NCBI RefSeq assembly: GCF_964213995.1
Contig: NC_135810.1
Coordinates: 80,290,001 to 80,354,000, forward strand
Reading direction: 5' to 3'
Length of the DNA: 64,000 bases
From: Mustelus asterias
Lineage: Eukaryota
Below are positions 26,461 through 40,208 of this stretch, piece by piece (the first letter of the stretch is position 1; each line of letters opens with the position of its first letter). The notes below the pieces were generated by a model, which saw only the letters and a program-made list of their open reading frames with translations, made no database searches and was not told the DNA's origin. A program made the translations under genes and the position numbers.

Positions 26461-26590
26461 CTGATCTATTGGCTCACAAATCAGAGCCTGAAGGTAAAGG
26501 AGATCAAATGCCAAGGGGGAGAGGTAAAACACGTAAAGTGATAGCAACACGTAAGAAGAAGCTGATTGGCGATAGCTGGTAATTTTTTTT

Positions 26591-26790
26591 GGATGTGGAG
26601 ATGCCGGTGTTGGACTGGGGTAAACACAGTAAGAGGTGTAACAACACCAGGTTAAAGTCCAACAGGTTTATTTGGTAGCAAATGCCACTAGCTTTCGGAG
26701 CGCTGCCCCTTCGTCAGGTGGAGTGGAGAAATGCTCACAAACAGGGCATACAGAGACACAAACTCAATTTACAGAATAATTTACAGAATA
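26591..26790 (-). mobile_element. Penelope-like pLTR fragment
   Basis: Hammerhead core followed by AATAAA (26667-26672 on the minus strand) and CTGTTGGACTTTAACCTGGTGTTG; a partial second copy lies at 59550-59613. Confidence 0.85.
26685..26721 (-). ncRNA. Minimal type-I hammerhead ribozyme motif
   Basis: Minus strand CCAC-CUGACGA-A-GGGGC-AGC-GCUCC-GAA-AGCU-A-GUGG: helix I CCAC/GUGG, intact core, helix II, palindromic AGCU helix III. Confidence 0.85.
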
Positions 26791-29457
26791 AAGGAGAGGG
26801 AGTTGCACTTTTGATTAAGGAAAACATCACGGCAGTACTGAGAGGGGATATATCCCATGGTTCATCCACTGAGTCTATATGGGTTGAACTGAGAAATAAG
26901 AAGTGGGAAATCACTTTGATAGGGTGGTACTATAGGCCCCCAAATAGTTGGTGGGAAATTGAGGAACAAATATGTAAGGAGATTACAGATAGCTCCAAGA
27001 AAAAAAGGGCAGAAATAATAGGGGATTTTAACTTTCCCAACATTGACTGGCGCAGCCATAGTATTAGAGGCTTGGATGGAGAGAAACTTGTTGAGTGTAT
27101 TCAGGAGGAATTTCTCATTCAGTATGTGGATGGCCCGACTAGAGAGGGGGCAAAACTTGACCTCCTCTTGGGAAGTAAGGAAGGGCAAGCGACAGAAGTG
27201 TTAGTGAGGGATCACTTTGGGACCAGTGGCCATAATCCTATTAGTTTTAAGATAGCTATGGAGAATGATAGGTCTAGTCCAAAAGTTAAAATTCTGAATT
27301 GGGGCAAGGCCAACTTTCAACAGTTAATTGTGGGAGTCTGTGGGAAGGCAAAGGGACGTCTGGTAAGTGGGAGGCTTTCAAAAGTGTTGTTAACCAGGGT
27401 TCAGGGTAAACATATTCCTCTTAGAGTGAAGGGCAAGGCTGGTAGAAGTATGGAACCCTGGATGACTCAGGATATTGAGGCCCTGGTCAAGAAGAAGAAG
27501 GAGGCACATGACATGGCAGCTGGGATCAAGTGGATCCCTTGAAGAGTATAGAGGGTGTAGGAGTAGAGTTAAGAGAGAAATCAGGAGGCAAAAAGGGAAC
27601 ACGAGATTGTCTTGGCAGATATGGCAAAGGAGAATCGAAAGAACTTCTACAAATACATAAAGTGCAAAATAGTAACTAGGGAGAGAGTCGGACCTCTTAA
27701 GAATCAACAAGGTCATCTATGTGCGGATCCACAAGAAATGGGTGAGATCCTAAATGAATACTTCTCATCAGTATTCACTGTTGAGAAAAGCATGGATGTT
27801 AGAGAACTTAGGGAAATAAATAGTGATGCCTTGAGGAGTGCACATATAACAGAGAAGGAGGTGCTGGAAGTCTTAAAGCGCATCAAGGTAGATAAATCCC
27901 TGGGACCTGATGAAGTGCATCCCAGGACACTGTGGGAGGCTAGGGAGGAAATTGTGGGTCCCCTAGCAGAGATATTTGAATCATCGATAATCACAGGTGA
28001 GGTGCCTGAAGATTGGAGGGTGGTTGATGTTGTGCCTTTGTTTAAGGGGGGCTGCAAGGAAAGCCCTGGGAACTACAGGCTGGTGAACCTCACATCTGTA
28101 GTGGGTAAGTTGTTAGAAGGTATTTTGAGAGATAGGATCTACAGGCGTTTAGAGATGCAAGGACTGATTAGGGACAGTCAGCATGGCTTTGTGAATGGAA
28201 AATCATGTCTCACAAATTTGATTGAGTTTTTTGAAGGGGTAACCAAGAAGGTAGATGAGGGCAATGCAGTTGATGTTGTCTACATGGACTTTAGCAAGGC
28301 CTTTGACAAGGTACCAGATGGTAGATTGTTGCATAAGGTTAAATTTCACAGGATCCAAGGTGAGGTAGTCAAATGGATACAAAATTGGCTTGAAGACAGA
28401 AGACAGAGGGTGGTTGTAGAGGGTTGTTTTTCAAACTGGAGGCCTGTGACCAGTGGTGTGCCTCAGGGGATTGGCGTTGGGTCCACTGTTATTTGTTATT
28501 TATATTAATGATTTGGATGAGAATTTAGTAGGCATGGTTAATAAGTTTGCAGATTACACCAAGATTGGTGGCATGGTGGACAGTGAAGAAGGTTATCTAA
28601 GATTGCAACAGGATCTTGATCAATTGGGCTAGTGGGCTGACGAATGGCAGATGGAGTTTAATTTGGATAAAAGCGAAGTGATGCATTTTGATTGATCGAA
28701 CCAGGGCAGGACTTACTCAGTTAATGGTAGGGCCTTGGGGAGAGTTATAGAACAAAGTGATCTAGGGGTACAGGTTCCTTGAAAGTGGAGTCACAGGTGG
28801 ACAGAGTGGTGAAGAAGGCATTTGGCATGCTTGGTTTCATTGGTCAGAACATTGAATACAGGAGTTGGGACGTCTTGTTGAATTTGTACAAGACATTGGT
28901 AAGGTCACAATTGGAAAACTGTGTACAGTTCTGGTCACTCTTTTATAGAAAGGATATTATTAAACTAGAAAGAGTGCAGAAACAATTTACTAGGATGTTA
29001 CCGGGACTTGATGATTTGAGTTATAAGGAGAGGTTGGATAGACTGGGACTTTTTCTCTGGAGCGTAGGAGGCTGAGGGGGGATCTTATAGAGGTCTATAA
29101 AATAATGAGGGGCACAAATCAGCTAGATAGTCAATATCTTTTCCCAAATGTATGGGAGTCTAAAACTAGAGGGCATAGGTTTAAGGTGAGAGGGGAGAGA
29201 TACAGAAGTGTTCAGAGGGGCACTTTTTTCACACAGAGGGGTGTGAGTGTCTGGAACAAGCTGCCAGAGGTAGTAGTAGAGGTGAGTACAATTTTGTCTT
29301 TTAAAAAGCGTTTAGACAGTTATATGGGTAAGATGGGTATAGAGGGATATGGGCCAAACACAGGCAATTGGACTGGCTTAGGGGTAAAAAATGGGTGGCA
29401 TGGACGAATTGGGCCGAAGGGCCTGTTTCCATGCTGTAAACCTCTATGGCTCTATGA
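26790..29457 (+). mobile_element. CR1 LINE, most of ORF2 (APE endonuclease + RT) with several frameshifts
   Basis: YYRPPNS, IIGDFNFP, NYRLVNLTS, SQHGF, YMDFSKAFDKV motifs; tail GGGCCGAAGGGCCTGTTTCCATGCTG..CTCTATG. Confidence 0.95.
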
Positions 29458-31369
29458 CCATCCCAACACTCCCATGCCCACCTGACCTCTCCAGGCCCCC
29501 TAATATTTTTCATGTCTCCTCCATTCTCTCCTGGCCCTTTCCATATCCCATGTCTCCTCATATCCACCATTTCTCTTCCAAGATCCATATGTATCCTTCA
29601 TGCCTCCTCACATCCTCATGCCTGCTCCATTCCCCCATGCATCCTCCACACTCACACTCTGACCTTCTAGTAAAGACCAATGAGCCTTTGGCAAGCATAT
29701 CAGATCTTTGAAACGTTCAAAAACTGACAGGGTAAGCAAAACGACTTTGAAAACTAATATGAAAAAATACTATGCTTACAAATTCAAAGTGTCAATCAAC
29801 CAATCATTCATAGTATCAATGCCAAAAATCTTTAATCCACTTCAGACATCTCAATCTGGAGTAAATAAACACAAAGGCATTGAAAAACTGTTCAAAGATA
29901 CAGCACATTATTTCAAGGTGAAGATATAAATCAAACAAACTCATCACTCCCTTCAAGCCTGCTGAGCCATCCTTGGCACTCAGCCAGGCATTCTTAATGA
30001 GGCCATCTGGCCCACAGGTTTTTGACCATCTATTCTGACCGCTTCATAGATAAATGCTTCCGCTGATCTCCAAAAATATCTCATGAACTTATCCCCACAG
30101 ACAATATTGACACAGCTTATAGGGGTGTATTTGTGTTGGTTGACATCTTTATTACCTTTTAATAAACTGGTCTTCCTTTGAAAAATATTTTCAATGTCGG
30201 GTATTTATTTATATAACATTAGGAGGTGTAAAGTGGATAAAGACATTTTGTCATTAATACTGTGAATGGCTATGTATAAGTGACAGCTTTATGAGAAGGT
30301 AAGAGGGACATTGTATTTCAAAGGGAATGTTAAATGGTTTTGCTCCTGATTCCCAGCTCAAGACTAGGTTTCTCTCATGGTTCATGACTCCTCTGACCAC
30401 CATAATAATTGTGGTTGGGGTGGGGGGAGAAGTCGCGGGGGGGGGGGGGGGGGGGGTGGCAGGGGGGGCGGCTGGAGGGAGTTGAAATGCACACCCAGGA
30501 AATGGAACCAACACATGTGCAAGTTAGCTACCCACACCCTTATCCAGCACCAGCAAACATTGCCAGAAGTTGGCATGAGGGAGGGAATCCCAGAGTAGGG
30601 TCCCAGGATGACCAGTCAAACAGTCTAGGGTCACCTGAGTGCATCTCACTCTCCAACTGTGATTTTGTTCTGAATGGCTAATTAAATGCCACTCCAGGGT
30701 CTCATAATGTCCCACCCTCATCACTGGCCTCATCTGTTTGACTGGCCTTAGCGATCCCACCTCACTAATCTTTTTCCAGGCCTTCATGGCTGCTTCTTGT
30801 CTGGGATCTACTGAACATGTATGATGTCAGACTGTTGATCCTCTGAATTGCTTGTTCTCTTTCTGTTGGATCATGAGATGTCCCCATCACTATGACTACA
30901 ATCTCAGCATCTACATGTGTTTCATACTCTTGACCCTATCTGTCTCCTAGTCCTCTAAAGGAACAGGGTCGCCTAGAGAGGATGGTTCCTCACCCTGCGA
31001 GGTGAAAACCTTGTGAAAACCTGACACACTACGCTGCTAGCAATCCCTTGATGAGGATATGCAGCCATACGGCATATTAATATAGAATTCACTGAGCTCT
31101 CCTAGCAACAATGGAAAGTATTCCCAATCCCTTGCGCATGACTGAGGATCTGAGTGGGTGATGGTTTTTAGGTTGTCACGTTACAAGGGATATATCAACA
31201 CTGAGTAAGAACACGTGCTGGAGACATGGAGAGCAGCAGGGAGCCCCCATCGCAGGGCACAGGACACTCGGCTCAACTGGATGCAGATGCTGAGCTTAGG
31301 GGATCACCCACAACATGGCCAGTTCTGGAGCAGCAGCAGAAAATGAATGAAAGGTTACAAGTGAATCGA

Positions 31370-31495
31370 GAGTAATGGGGGGAGCAAGCAGGAAAGTGGA
31401 GTTCTGGTCACAATCAGGTCAGCCAGATCATATTGAATGGCGGAGCAGGTTTGAGTGCAGAATGGCCTACTCCAGCACCTATTCCTTATGTTATG
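31370..31495 (+). mobile_element. CR1 3' tail fragment
   Basis: GAATGGCGGAGCAGG..GAATGGCCTACTCC.GC.CCTATT. Confidence 0.75.
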
Positions 31496-32280
31496 TCAGG
31501 ATTTCCAGAGGCATCGCATGTGATTAACGATTGATGGAGTCCAGTTTAAATGCAAGTACCACCATGTCTCAGTCATTTGCTCTGATGTCCATTTCCGTGG
31601 AAAGAGTGAACCCCCTGTGAGAAGCATCAGACACAACAGGGAACCACGTGTATGGTGGCCCTCACCAACGGTGTGCACATTCTGGTTGCTGCTTGAAACA
31701 TGTTGGAGGAAACACTCACCTTGGTGAGTGTTCATGGTGCTCCTACCTGTTGCACACCTTCCCCCGACCCCCCATAGTCAAAGTCTGACATGATGGTGAC
31801 TCCTGCTGCAATGGCTGTGTCTTCCGCTGCAGATGTACAGATGGGGCAGTCTTTGGTGGGGCCCTTATGGGCTCCAAAACCCAAACAATGTCAGCTTCAA
31901 GCATTTCATCTAACAGAGCAGAGGAACGAGTGACCTGTTTAAATGCAGGGTGGGGGGGGGGGAATACAACAGTGATGTTAAAAAAAAGGAAGAGAAAGCA
32001 TCACAAGGAAGAGGCCTGGGTGTCAATTCTGTCATATATTAGTTTAATTGTCAATGTTTATGCATCATATATCAACTCTCCAGTGTCCGTCCATCTCCAA
32101 TATTGTCTTACACCCACCCAGTGGCCACCAGCCTTGAGGAAATGGCATGACAAGATTGGAATACAGTCAGTGAGTGAAACTTAAATGAAATGATTAATGA
32201 TTGTGGGAATACTATCCGTTGTGGCTGGGAGAGCTCAGTGAGTTCTGCATTAATGTGCTATATGGCTGCATTTCCTCATC

Positions 32281-33540
32281 TTAACTGAATTGCTTGAAGT
32301 CTGTCACAATTATCTCTAGCAGCGAGGTGAGTGGCTTCAGGGTCCCTGGTCATATTAGGTTCTTCCTCCGCCATCTTCCTTCCTCTCCTAAAGATGCAGA
32401 GTGCTCATCACTTTCTTCCTCTTACAGTTCCTGTCTGCTCTGCAGTGCTACATTATACAAGGCCAAACAGGCCAACCAATTCTGGACAATATTGTTCACA
32501 CATGCAGAAGAGCTACAGGTCTGTCCATGCAGCTGAATCACATTTTCAGCCATCCAATGGATTGCTTTACGATAGCTGCTGTAATCAAGTGACTCCAGTT
32601 CCTCAGTTATAGGGCTCTTCGCGGTCCTTAGAGGGTAACACTTGTCTCCATGCAGCCATCCATTGACCTGCTTTTCTGATGTAAATATCAGTGGGAGAAT
32701 TGACTGCCATATAATGATGGAAACATGGCAGTTTCCTGGATATTGTGTGCAGGTGTGCATGAAAAGCTTCCAATGGTTATAAAGCATAATGGAATGGAAT
32801 AACTTTAAATTGATGAATCCTCCTGGTTGATCTGGGAATGCTTTGACTCCTCACGTGTGTGCAGTCTATGACTTCCTATACCTGTGGGAATCCAACTAGA
32901 GCAACAAATCTGAAGCTCTTTTCCTTCTGTCTGGATTCCTTAGTTGCAACGTGGCAATAAATGGTGGCCCTAATAAGTGTAGCATCGGTCATCTGGGAGC
33001 TGAAATTGCGCACAGCAGGTTGTGAAATCTGTCCCTGGAATGAGCCGGAGGTGAAGAGATTCAGGACGATGTTGACCTTGACGGCAATGTGTGTCTGCAT
33101 GGTTCACCTGGAGGGAGGTCTTCTCCCAGGAAGATGCAGCAATGAGCTGCTGAGAATCCTGAGTTTCTCAAGGCACTGTCGCTCAGGCATGTTTAGAAAA
33201 CTGATCCTCTGTCTGTATACTACTACCACTAGCTCACCGTCACCTTCTCAAGGGCAACTAGGGTCTAGCCAGCGATGCCCACATCCCATAAATGAATAAT
33301 CGAAACTCTGGGAGTATTGCCATCAGCTCACTGGAATTGAGTGTTCATCCCTCCTGTCCCGTGGGATGGCAGGTGGCAGAGTAGAGGACAGCTGCTGTTC
33401 CTGGTGCTGGTACTGCTGCCTCAAAATCCAGGGTAGCACTGTAAAAACTGCTTCCAGGCTAACAGCTGGAAAGGGCAAACCATAGCAACAAAACTCTGCA
33501 GTCGCAGAAATGACCTCCAAAGTCATGGAAATCACCTCCA
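32281..33540 (-). pseudogene. Third HARBI1-like transposase remnant
   Basis: ORFs IAVKVNIVLNLFTSGSFQ..GFPQV and YPGNCH..GWLHGDKCYPL..LALYNVAL; a short LINE tail is inserted at about 33232-33300. Confidence 0.8.
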
Positions 33541-33611
33541 AAGCAGTGAACAAGCCCTGTGAGCTAAAGCCTTTCACTTCGGTAAAGAAACCACTGCTAT
33601 CGTTCAGTATT

Positions 33612-33920
33612 TTTGATTTGATTTGATTTATTATTGTCACATGTATTGGTATACAGTGAAAAGTATTATTTCTTGCGCGCTATACAGACAAAGCATACCG
33701 TACATAGAGAAGGAAAGGAGAGGGTGCAAAATGTAGTGTTACAGTCATAGCTAGGGTATTGAGAGAGATCAACTTACTGCGAGGTAGGTCCATTCAAAAG
33801 TCTGATGGCAGCAGGAAAGAGCTGTTTTTGAGTCGGTTGGTACGTGTCCTCACGTATCTTTTCCCCAATGGGAGAAAGTGGAAACGAGTATGTCTGGGGT
33901 GCGTGAGGTCCTTAATTATG
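33612..33920 (-). mobile_element. Rex/Babar-like LINE 3' end
   Basis: Homologous to 54520-54830; (TCAAA)n tail after TGTGACAATAATAAA. Confidence 0.8.
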
Positions 33921-35284
33921 GGTCATTAATTATTTAATGTTTCTTCAGTTGACCAATTTCAGAGCTCCATAAACCGTGCTGTTTGCTCACCTTGTTAAAC
34001 CTGGCAATACTCAGGCAGTGCAAGAAACCTGTGTACTGGTAATTAAAGCCAGAATTCAAGATTAAATTCACATTTAATTACATATTTAAATTGCTGATGT
34101 TTGACCAGCTCAGAAACGTGTAACAGTTAAATGTTGGTGTTGGCAGATTCCAATATGCTGACCTTTTTTGATGTTTCAATGTTTGTATACACTGACACTC
34201 ACCACACTCCCTCTCCATCAGCCCTCCTCCCATTTCTATCAATGTTGCTTTGGTACAGTATCGAGGGAAATCAATGGGATCCCTGTGCGCACCTGTCCTC
34301 CATCCTTCATTTCACCCCCCCCCCCACAACCCCCCCACCCCACCATCACCACCTGCGCCCCCCCCCCCCCCCCCCACCCCGACCCTTACCCTTTTCACTG
34401 GGTTGGGATGGGTCAAACTTTTCCCTCAGAACTTTTGCTTCAATTTACAATACTTTATAAAGAGATTCATGGTAGGTTAGAACTTTAAAATTCAGGGCTT
34501 TGCAAAATGTTCTGGTTGGATGAACATCAATTTGTAAGGTGGTGTAAAACTGTCAGTTCGCGCAATCCAATGTGTTTGCATTTAGATGCATGCAGGCAGC
34601 TCTGGGATGGAGGACAATTTTTTTTTTAATGACATACTCTTATGTTCCAGTCACTGATAATGTGATTCAGAGCCAGGTTGTGAAGGTAAATGTTTCAAAA
34701 TTGTCTTTTATTATGGCTTAGTTTCTAAAACTGGCAACAAATACAAGAAAATATATTTTCCAATTTAAGAATTTGTAAATGGACATCAGAATGTTTTCCT
34801 GATTTGTTAACCATCGATGATTTTTAGTCAGTGAATATGCACATGAGGTTAGCAGCTTTGAATAAAACACTCCATTTCACTTGTTATAGTCACTCAATCC
34901 ATTCTGGAAGTAAACAGAACAATCTGAAATGCAAAACAGTGGTTAGCACATTGATTTTGAATAGGCTATCAATGAAAGCTCGCCATGTGATTTATATTTG
35001 TGAGATAATTAATTCATTTTCTTCCACTATGGTGCAGAAGAATAATCAAGTTTTCAAAGTCCATAGGCCAGGAAATTGATGAAGCCACAGGGATCACAAT
35101 GCCAGATCACCTCACACACGGTTAAGCAGATGCAGGCAGCACTAAAGTGCCATGCACCACCACGATTGTGCCAATCAGCCCAGAGCAAAATAAACTGCTA
35201 ACTGGCTGCACGCTTAGCAGGAGGCCCAGATGTGTTCACAGCTAGCATGTCTTACATCTTAATAGCAACCTGTCCCTCTTTAAA

Positions 35285-37100
35285 ATGGAATTACATTACC
35301 CAGTCCAGGACAGCCTGCTCTCTAGTTGGTTCCTCAACGTATTGGTCGAGAAAACAAACCCTTATACATTCCAGGAAATCCTCCTCCATTGCATTGCTAT
35401 CAGTTTGGTGAGTCCAATCAATATGCAGATTGAAGTCACCCATAATAACTGTTGTACCCTTACTGCAAGCATATCTAATTTCCTGTTTGATGCCATCCCC
35501 AACCTCACTACCACTGTTTGGTGGTCTGTACACAACTCCCACTAACGTTTTTTGTCCTTTGGTGTTCTGCAGCTCCATCCAGACAGATTCCACATTGTCC
35601 AGGCTAATGTCCTTCCTTACTATTGTGTTAATCTCCTCTTGAACCAGCAATGCTACCCCACCCTCCTTTCCTTTCCATCTATCTTTCCTGAATATTGAAT
35701 ACCCCTGGGTGTTGAGTTCCCATCCTTGGTCACCCTGGGGCCAGGTCTCCATGATCCCAATTACATCATATCCATTAATGACTGCCTGTGCAGTTAACTC
35801 ATCCACCTTATTACAAATGCTCTTCGCATTGAGACACAGAGACTTCAGGCTTGCTTTTTTAGGCATTTATTGCCCTCTTTAAAATTATGATGTAATGTGG
35901 CCCTTTTTGATTTTTGTTTTTGGTTTCTCTGCCTTCCACTTTTCCCCTCACTGCCATTTGTTTCTTTTCCCACTTTACTTCCCTCTGATTTCCTGCATCG
36001 ACTCCCATCCCCCTGTCACATTAATTTAAATCCTCCCCAACAGCAAACACTGTCCCAGGACATTGGGTCCGGACCTGCCCAGGTGCAGACCGTCCGATTT
36101 ATACTGATCCCACCTCCCCCAGAACCAGTTCCAATTTCCTAGGAATTTGAATCCCTCCCTCTTGCACCATTCTTCAAGCCACATATTCATCTTTGTTATC
36201 CTGACATTCATACTCTGACTAGCACGTGTCACTGGTTGCAATCCTGAGATTACTACCTTTGAGGTCCTACTTTTTAGTTTAACTTCTAACTCCCTAAATT
36301 CAGCTTATAGGTCCTCATTGCATTTTTTACCTATATTATTGGTGCCTATATGGACCACGACAGCAGGCTGTTCACCCTCCCCCTCCAGATTGCCCTCCAG
36401 CTGCTCTGAGACATCCTTGACCCTTGCACCAGGGAGGCAACATACCATCCTGGAGTCTCGTTTGCATCCATAGAAACGCCTATCTATTCCGTTTACAATT
36501 GAATCCCCTATCATGAGAGCTCTGTCATTTTTCCTGCCCTCCTGTGCAGCAGAGCCAGCCACAGTGCCATGAACCTGGCTGCTGCTGCCTTCTCCTGGTG
36601 AACCATCTCCCCTAACAGTAACCAAAACGATATATCTGTTTTGGAGGGAGATGATCACAGGGGACCCCAGCACTGCCTTCCTACTCTTCCTCTGTCTGGT
36701 GGCCACCCTTTCCCTACTTCCCTCAGTAATTTTTATCTGCGGTGTGACAGGCTCACTGAGTATGCTGTCCAAGAATTCCTCAGCATCGCGGATGCTCCAA
36801 AGTGAATCCATTAAGCGGCCTGACAGGAGCTGCAGTTGGACACACATCCTGCATGTGAAGGAGCCAGGGACAACGGAAGTGTCCCTGAATCCCCACATCG
36901 CACAGGAGGAACATGGCATGGGTCTGGGATCTCCTGCCATGACTTAACCCTTAAGTTAATTTAACAACAACAACTACAATGACAAGAGAAAAAAATGAGA
37001 AGAAAGAAAAGAAAAATTACTTCCCAGTCACCAGCCAATCACTTATCTGGTTGCTGGCTGTGACGTCACGGTTCGATTTCTTTCTACTTCTATCTTGCCC
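35285..37100 (-). mobile_element. CR1 LINE 5' half: ORF1 (zinc finger + SGNH esterase) and endonuclease, RT missing
   Basis: CSSCAMW..TCRMC finger, IGDSIV, HIGTNN, DGLHL; endonuclease CLNAKSI, ETW, YRPPNS, GDFN. Confidence 0.92.
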
Positions 37101-38142
37101 TCGAGTCTCCCTTGCAAGTCCACCTTTCCGAAGGTGAGTGATGCTCCCTGGGCTGTACTTGTCCTCTTCCCACTCCTCAAGTCTCCTTCGCAAGTCCGCT
37201 TTTCTGTTCTTCCCAAAGGCTTGGAGACCTGAAAAAATGCAGTGTTAACAGAATGGGGCTGAGCGAGCAGCTTTGGTGGAACAATGAGGGCCATGAGGCT
37301 TCCTGGATTGTGTCTGATCTGCTGTGGAGCTGTCAATCTGAGCCGGTCAAAGTGGCCAGACTGCACCTGCTGCTCATTCAGACCATGAAAGGGAACCCCC
37401 GACTGACATCTGTCAGTCTGAGGACTTCAAAGGGACCTTCCCACTCCTGGGGCTTTTGAGTGCCAGCATATAGGGAGGCCAGAGCACCTGGCGTAAAGCC
37501 TGGTAATGGTATATAAATGTCTATTTTTGAATGGGTGGGAACCTGATTGGGGCTGGCGGGGAGGGCTGGGAGAATCGCGAGGGGTTTGCTGCCCGGTTGG
37601 AATCTTGTTTTAGCCCTGATGGCTGATTCAACGAGCCATCAAGATCCCCACCCGAGGCTAGCAGGCCCGGTGAATCCCTTCAGTACTTTTGTAAAATAAT
37701 CATTTTAATATGGGTTTGGAAAGCAGCTGTTTCTTTTATATATGGTTTCATAAAATCTAGCTGTTTCTTTCACATTTATTCTTATTCCTGGATGGAGCCA
37801 CCATCAGAATGGTTGTTCTCCAGCAGCACGTTACATGAAACAGCAGCTTTATAAATAATACAGTTAATACACAATGTCTGAGACTTATTAGTGAACACAA
37901 CAAGACTGTAAAAAGAAGGATATCTGCTTACTTGCAGCCTGCTGTGGGAACAGCAGAATCTGGCTGATTTTGTGCTATTATTTGTCTGAACAACAGGCTA
38001 TGGCATGATTTAAGCTTTCCGCTCAATGTTGTGTCTTTGTCAGCTTAGTGTCTTCTGAAGAGGAATCTGATTTAAAGTGTGGTATTTTGTTCATAAACAG
38101 TGTAAGACAATCCTAATGTTGTATATTAAAACGTGAAAGTGT

Positions 38143-38483
38143 CATAGAAATCATAGAAACCCTACAGTGCAGAAGGAGGCCATTCGGCCCATCGAGTCTG
38201 CACCGACCACAATCCCACCCAGGCCCTACCCCCACATATTTTACCCACTAATCCCTCTAACCTACGCATCCCAGGACTCTAAGGGGCAATTTTTAACCTA
38301 GCCAATCAACCTAACCTGCACATCTTTGGACTGTGGGAGGAAACCGGAGCACCCGGAGGAAACCCACGCAGACACGAGGAGAATGTGCAAACTCCACACA
38401 GACAGTGACCCGAGCCGGGAATCGAACCCGGGACCCTGGAGCTGTGAAGCAGCAGTGCTAACCACTGTGCTACCGTGCCGCCC
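38143..38483 (-). mobile_element. Young HE1-type V-SINE with CR1 tail
   Basis: CpG-rich full-length copy with tail repeat TTTCTATGA. Confidence 0.93.
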
Positions 38484-40208
38484 AAGATAATGCCGATCTT
38501 TTGAAGGTTCTTTTGTTACTAAATATCTGGCCGTTCTGTATAATGTCAAAGCTATTTTTTCCAGTTGGGAATAGAGGAGAAATGGTCATAATTCTCCTCA
38601 AATATGGAGTAATGAAATGTTTTAAAAGAATTCCTTTATTACCAGCACAAACACAATTGTTTTTTTAATTTAAGAATCTTGCAACTTTAAATTGAACGTG
38701 GATATCTGGAAGATTCAACACCTGAGACATTGAGCCAACACCTTACATATTCATGTGGTTAACCCACATGTTTTCTTCAAACTGTATTTAAAGCCAATAT
38801 CAGTAAAACAAACTGTATCTGCATTTCAGAACTTCAACTTATAACACTATAATTTGTAAGAATAAAAACATTGATTGAGGTCAGTGTTTTTGCAGGAGTG
38901 TAGGTGGAGAAGTTAGGATTATGGGGAATTAAGAATATTTTTATAATTAATTTACCTTTCGTTGTCAATTTGTGAATCCCATTAATAGTTCAAATTGATA
39001 AGAGTTTGCAAAGTTTCCTACCAGTAAAAATAAGCCTCGTCTCCTCAAACACTTATTATCCTCTGTATTTTGTTTCCCGTGAAAAGGTGACATCCATTTG
39101 TTTTCACTTCTGGTGTTCTAGGTTTAAATTCAGTCAGATATAAATAACCGTGATTTTCTCATTGATGATTGGTGTTAGTCTTGTGAAATTTGGCCTCCGC
39201 CACAATTTTGTCAGATTCGTACTTGGCTTTTGATTTATATTATGATGCTGCTATGAAGTTAAATTTGGTTCATGAGGCGTTACCTTCTGGGAACACACAC
39301 TGTCCAGAGGGTAAGTTAGGCCTATTACCTAGATTATCAGATGAAGCCATTAACAGAACAGAACAATGACTACTCAGTGCTATTTTTACTTGAGACAGTT
39401 AGGCCCATGGGAAGATTTAGAGAAAAGTTCAAATTTACAATGTTGGAATGATTTCAATGCAATGGATTTACTTAAACGGGCAATATGGTGGCTATAGTTC
39501 TCTCATCGAAGGCAGGAGATTTTAATTCATCATGGTAGCTGGGCTCTTCCAATTCATGACACAAAGAGCAGTGAGATGGGTTGGAGGTTAAGCTTTTAGT
39601 TTCCTACACCTCTGAATAAATATTGGTGTGAAGCATGCTTGAGCTTTATATGAGTGACCAGTGAGACTGAACACAAAAAAACCTCTAGTGCAATTTGTAA
39701 CAACTATCTCAACTGAATATGTTTCACCAAATAAATTTGGTTGCTCTGTCCAAAAATGCATGGTAATTCAATTCCTTTGCAACATACAGCAAGCAGTAAT
39801 TTTAGTAGTGGATTTGCCAAGTAGTAGGAGAGGAATCTGGGGTGATGTTAATGGAGTAATAAGGAATCTCTCTCTCTCCCTTGAGTTAAATAAAGCCCTA
39901 TCTCTACAGTCTAAAAATCCAGCACTGGAGATAGAGGCACGATCAGAGAGACTTTGGAAAAAGACATCAGCAGAAAAATATACTTGAGATTTTTTCACTC
40001 TTTCTCGCTTCCTGGAAATAAGCGCAAACCCCCCAGTTCAAGAGATCAAGTCCTACCAATGAACTGAGATCTTGTAAGAATTGCAACATCTTCTACCTGC
40101 TCCAAGGAGCCAGATAACTTCAATCAGCCACAATATTTAATAATCTACGCTCCAAAGACAGGCAAAGAATTATTAACCTTATTTGGACTCTTTCCATACT
40201 TCTGATAC

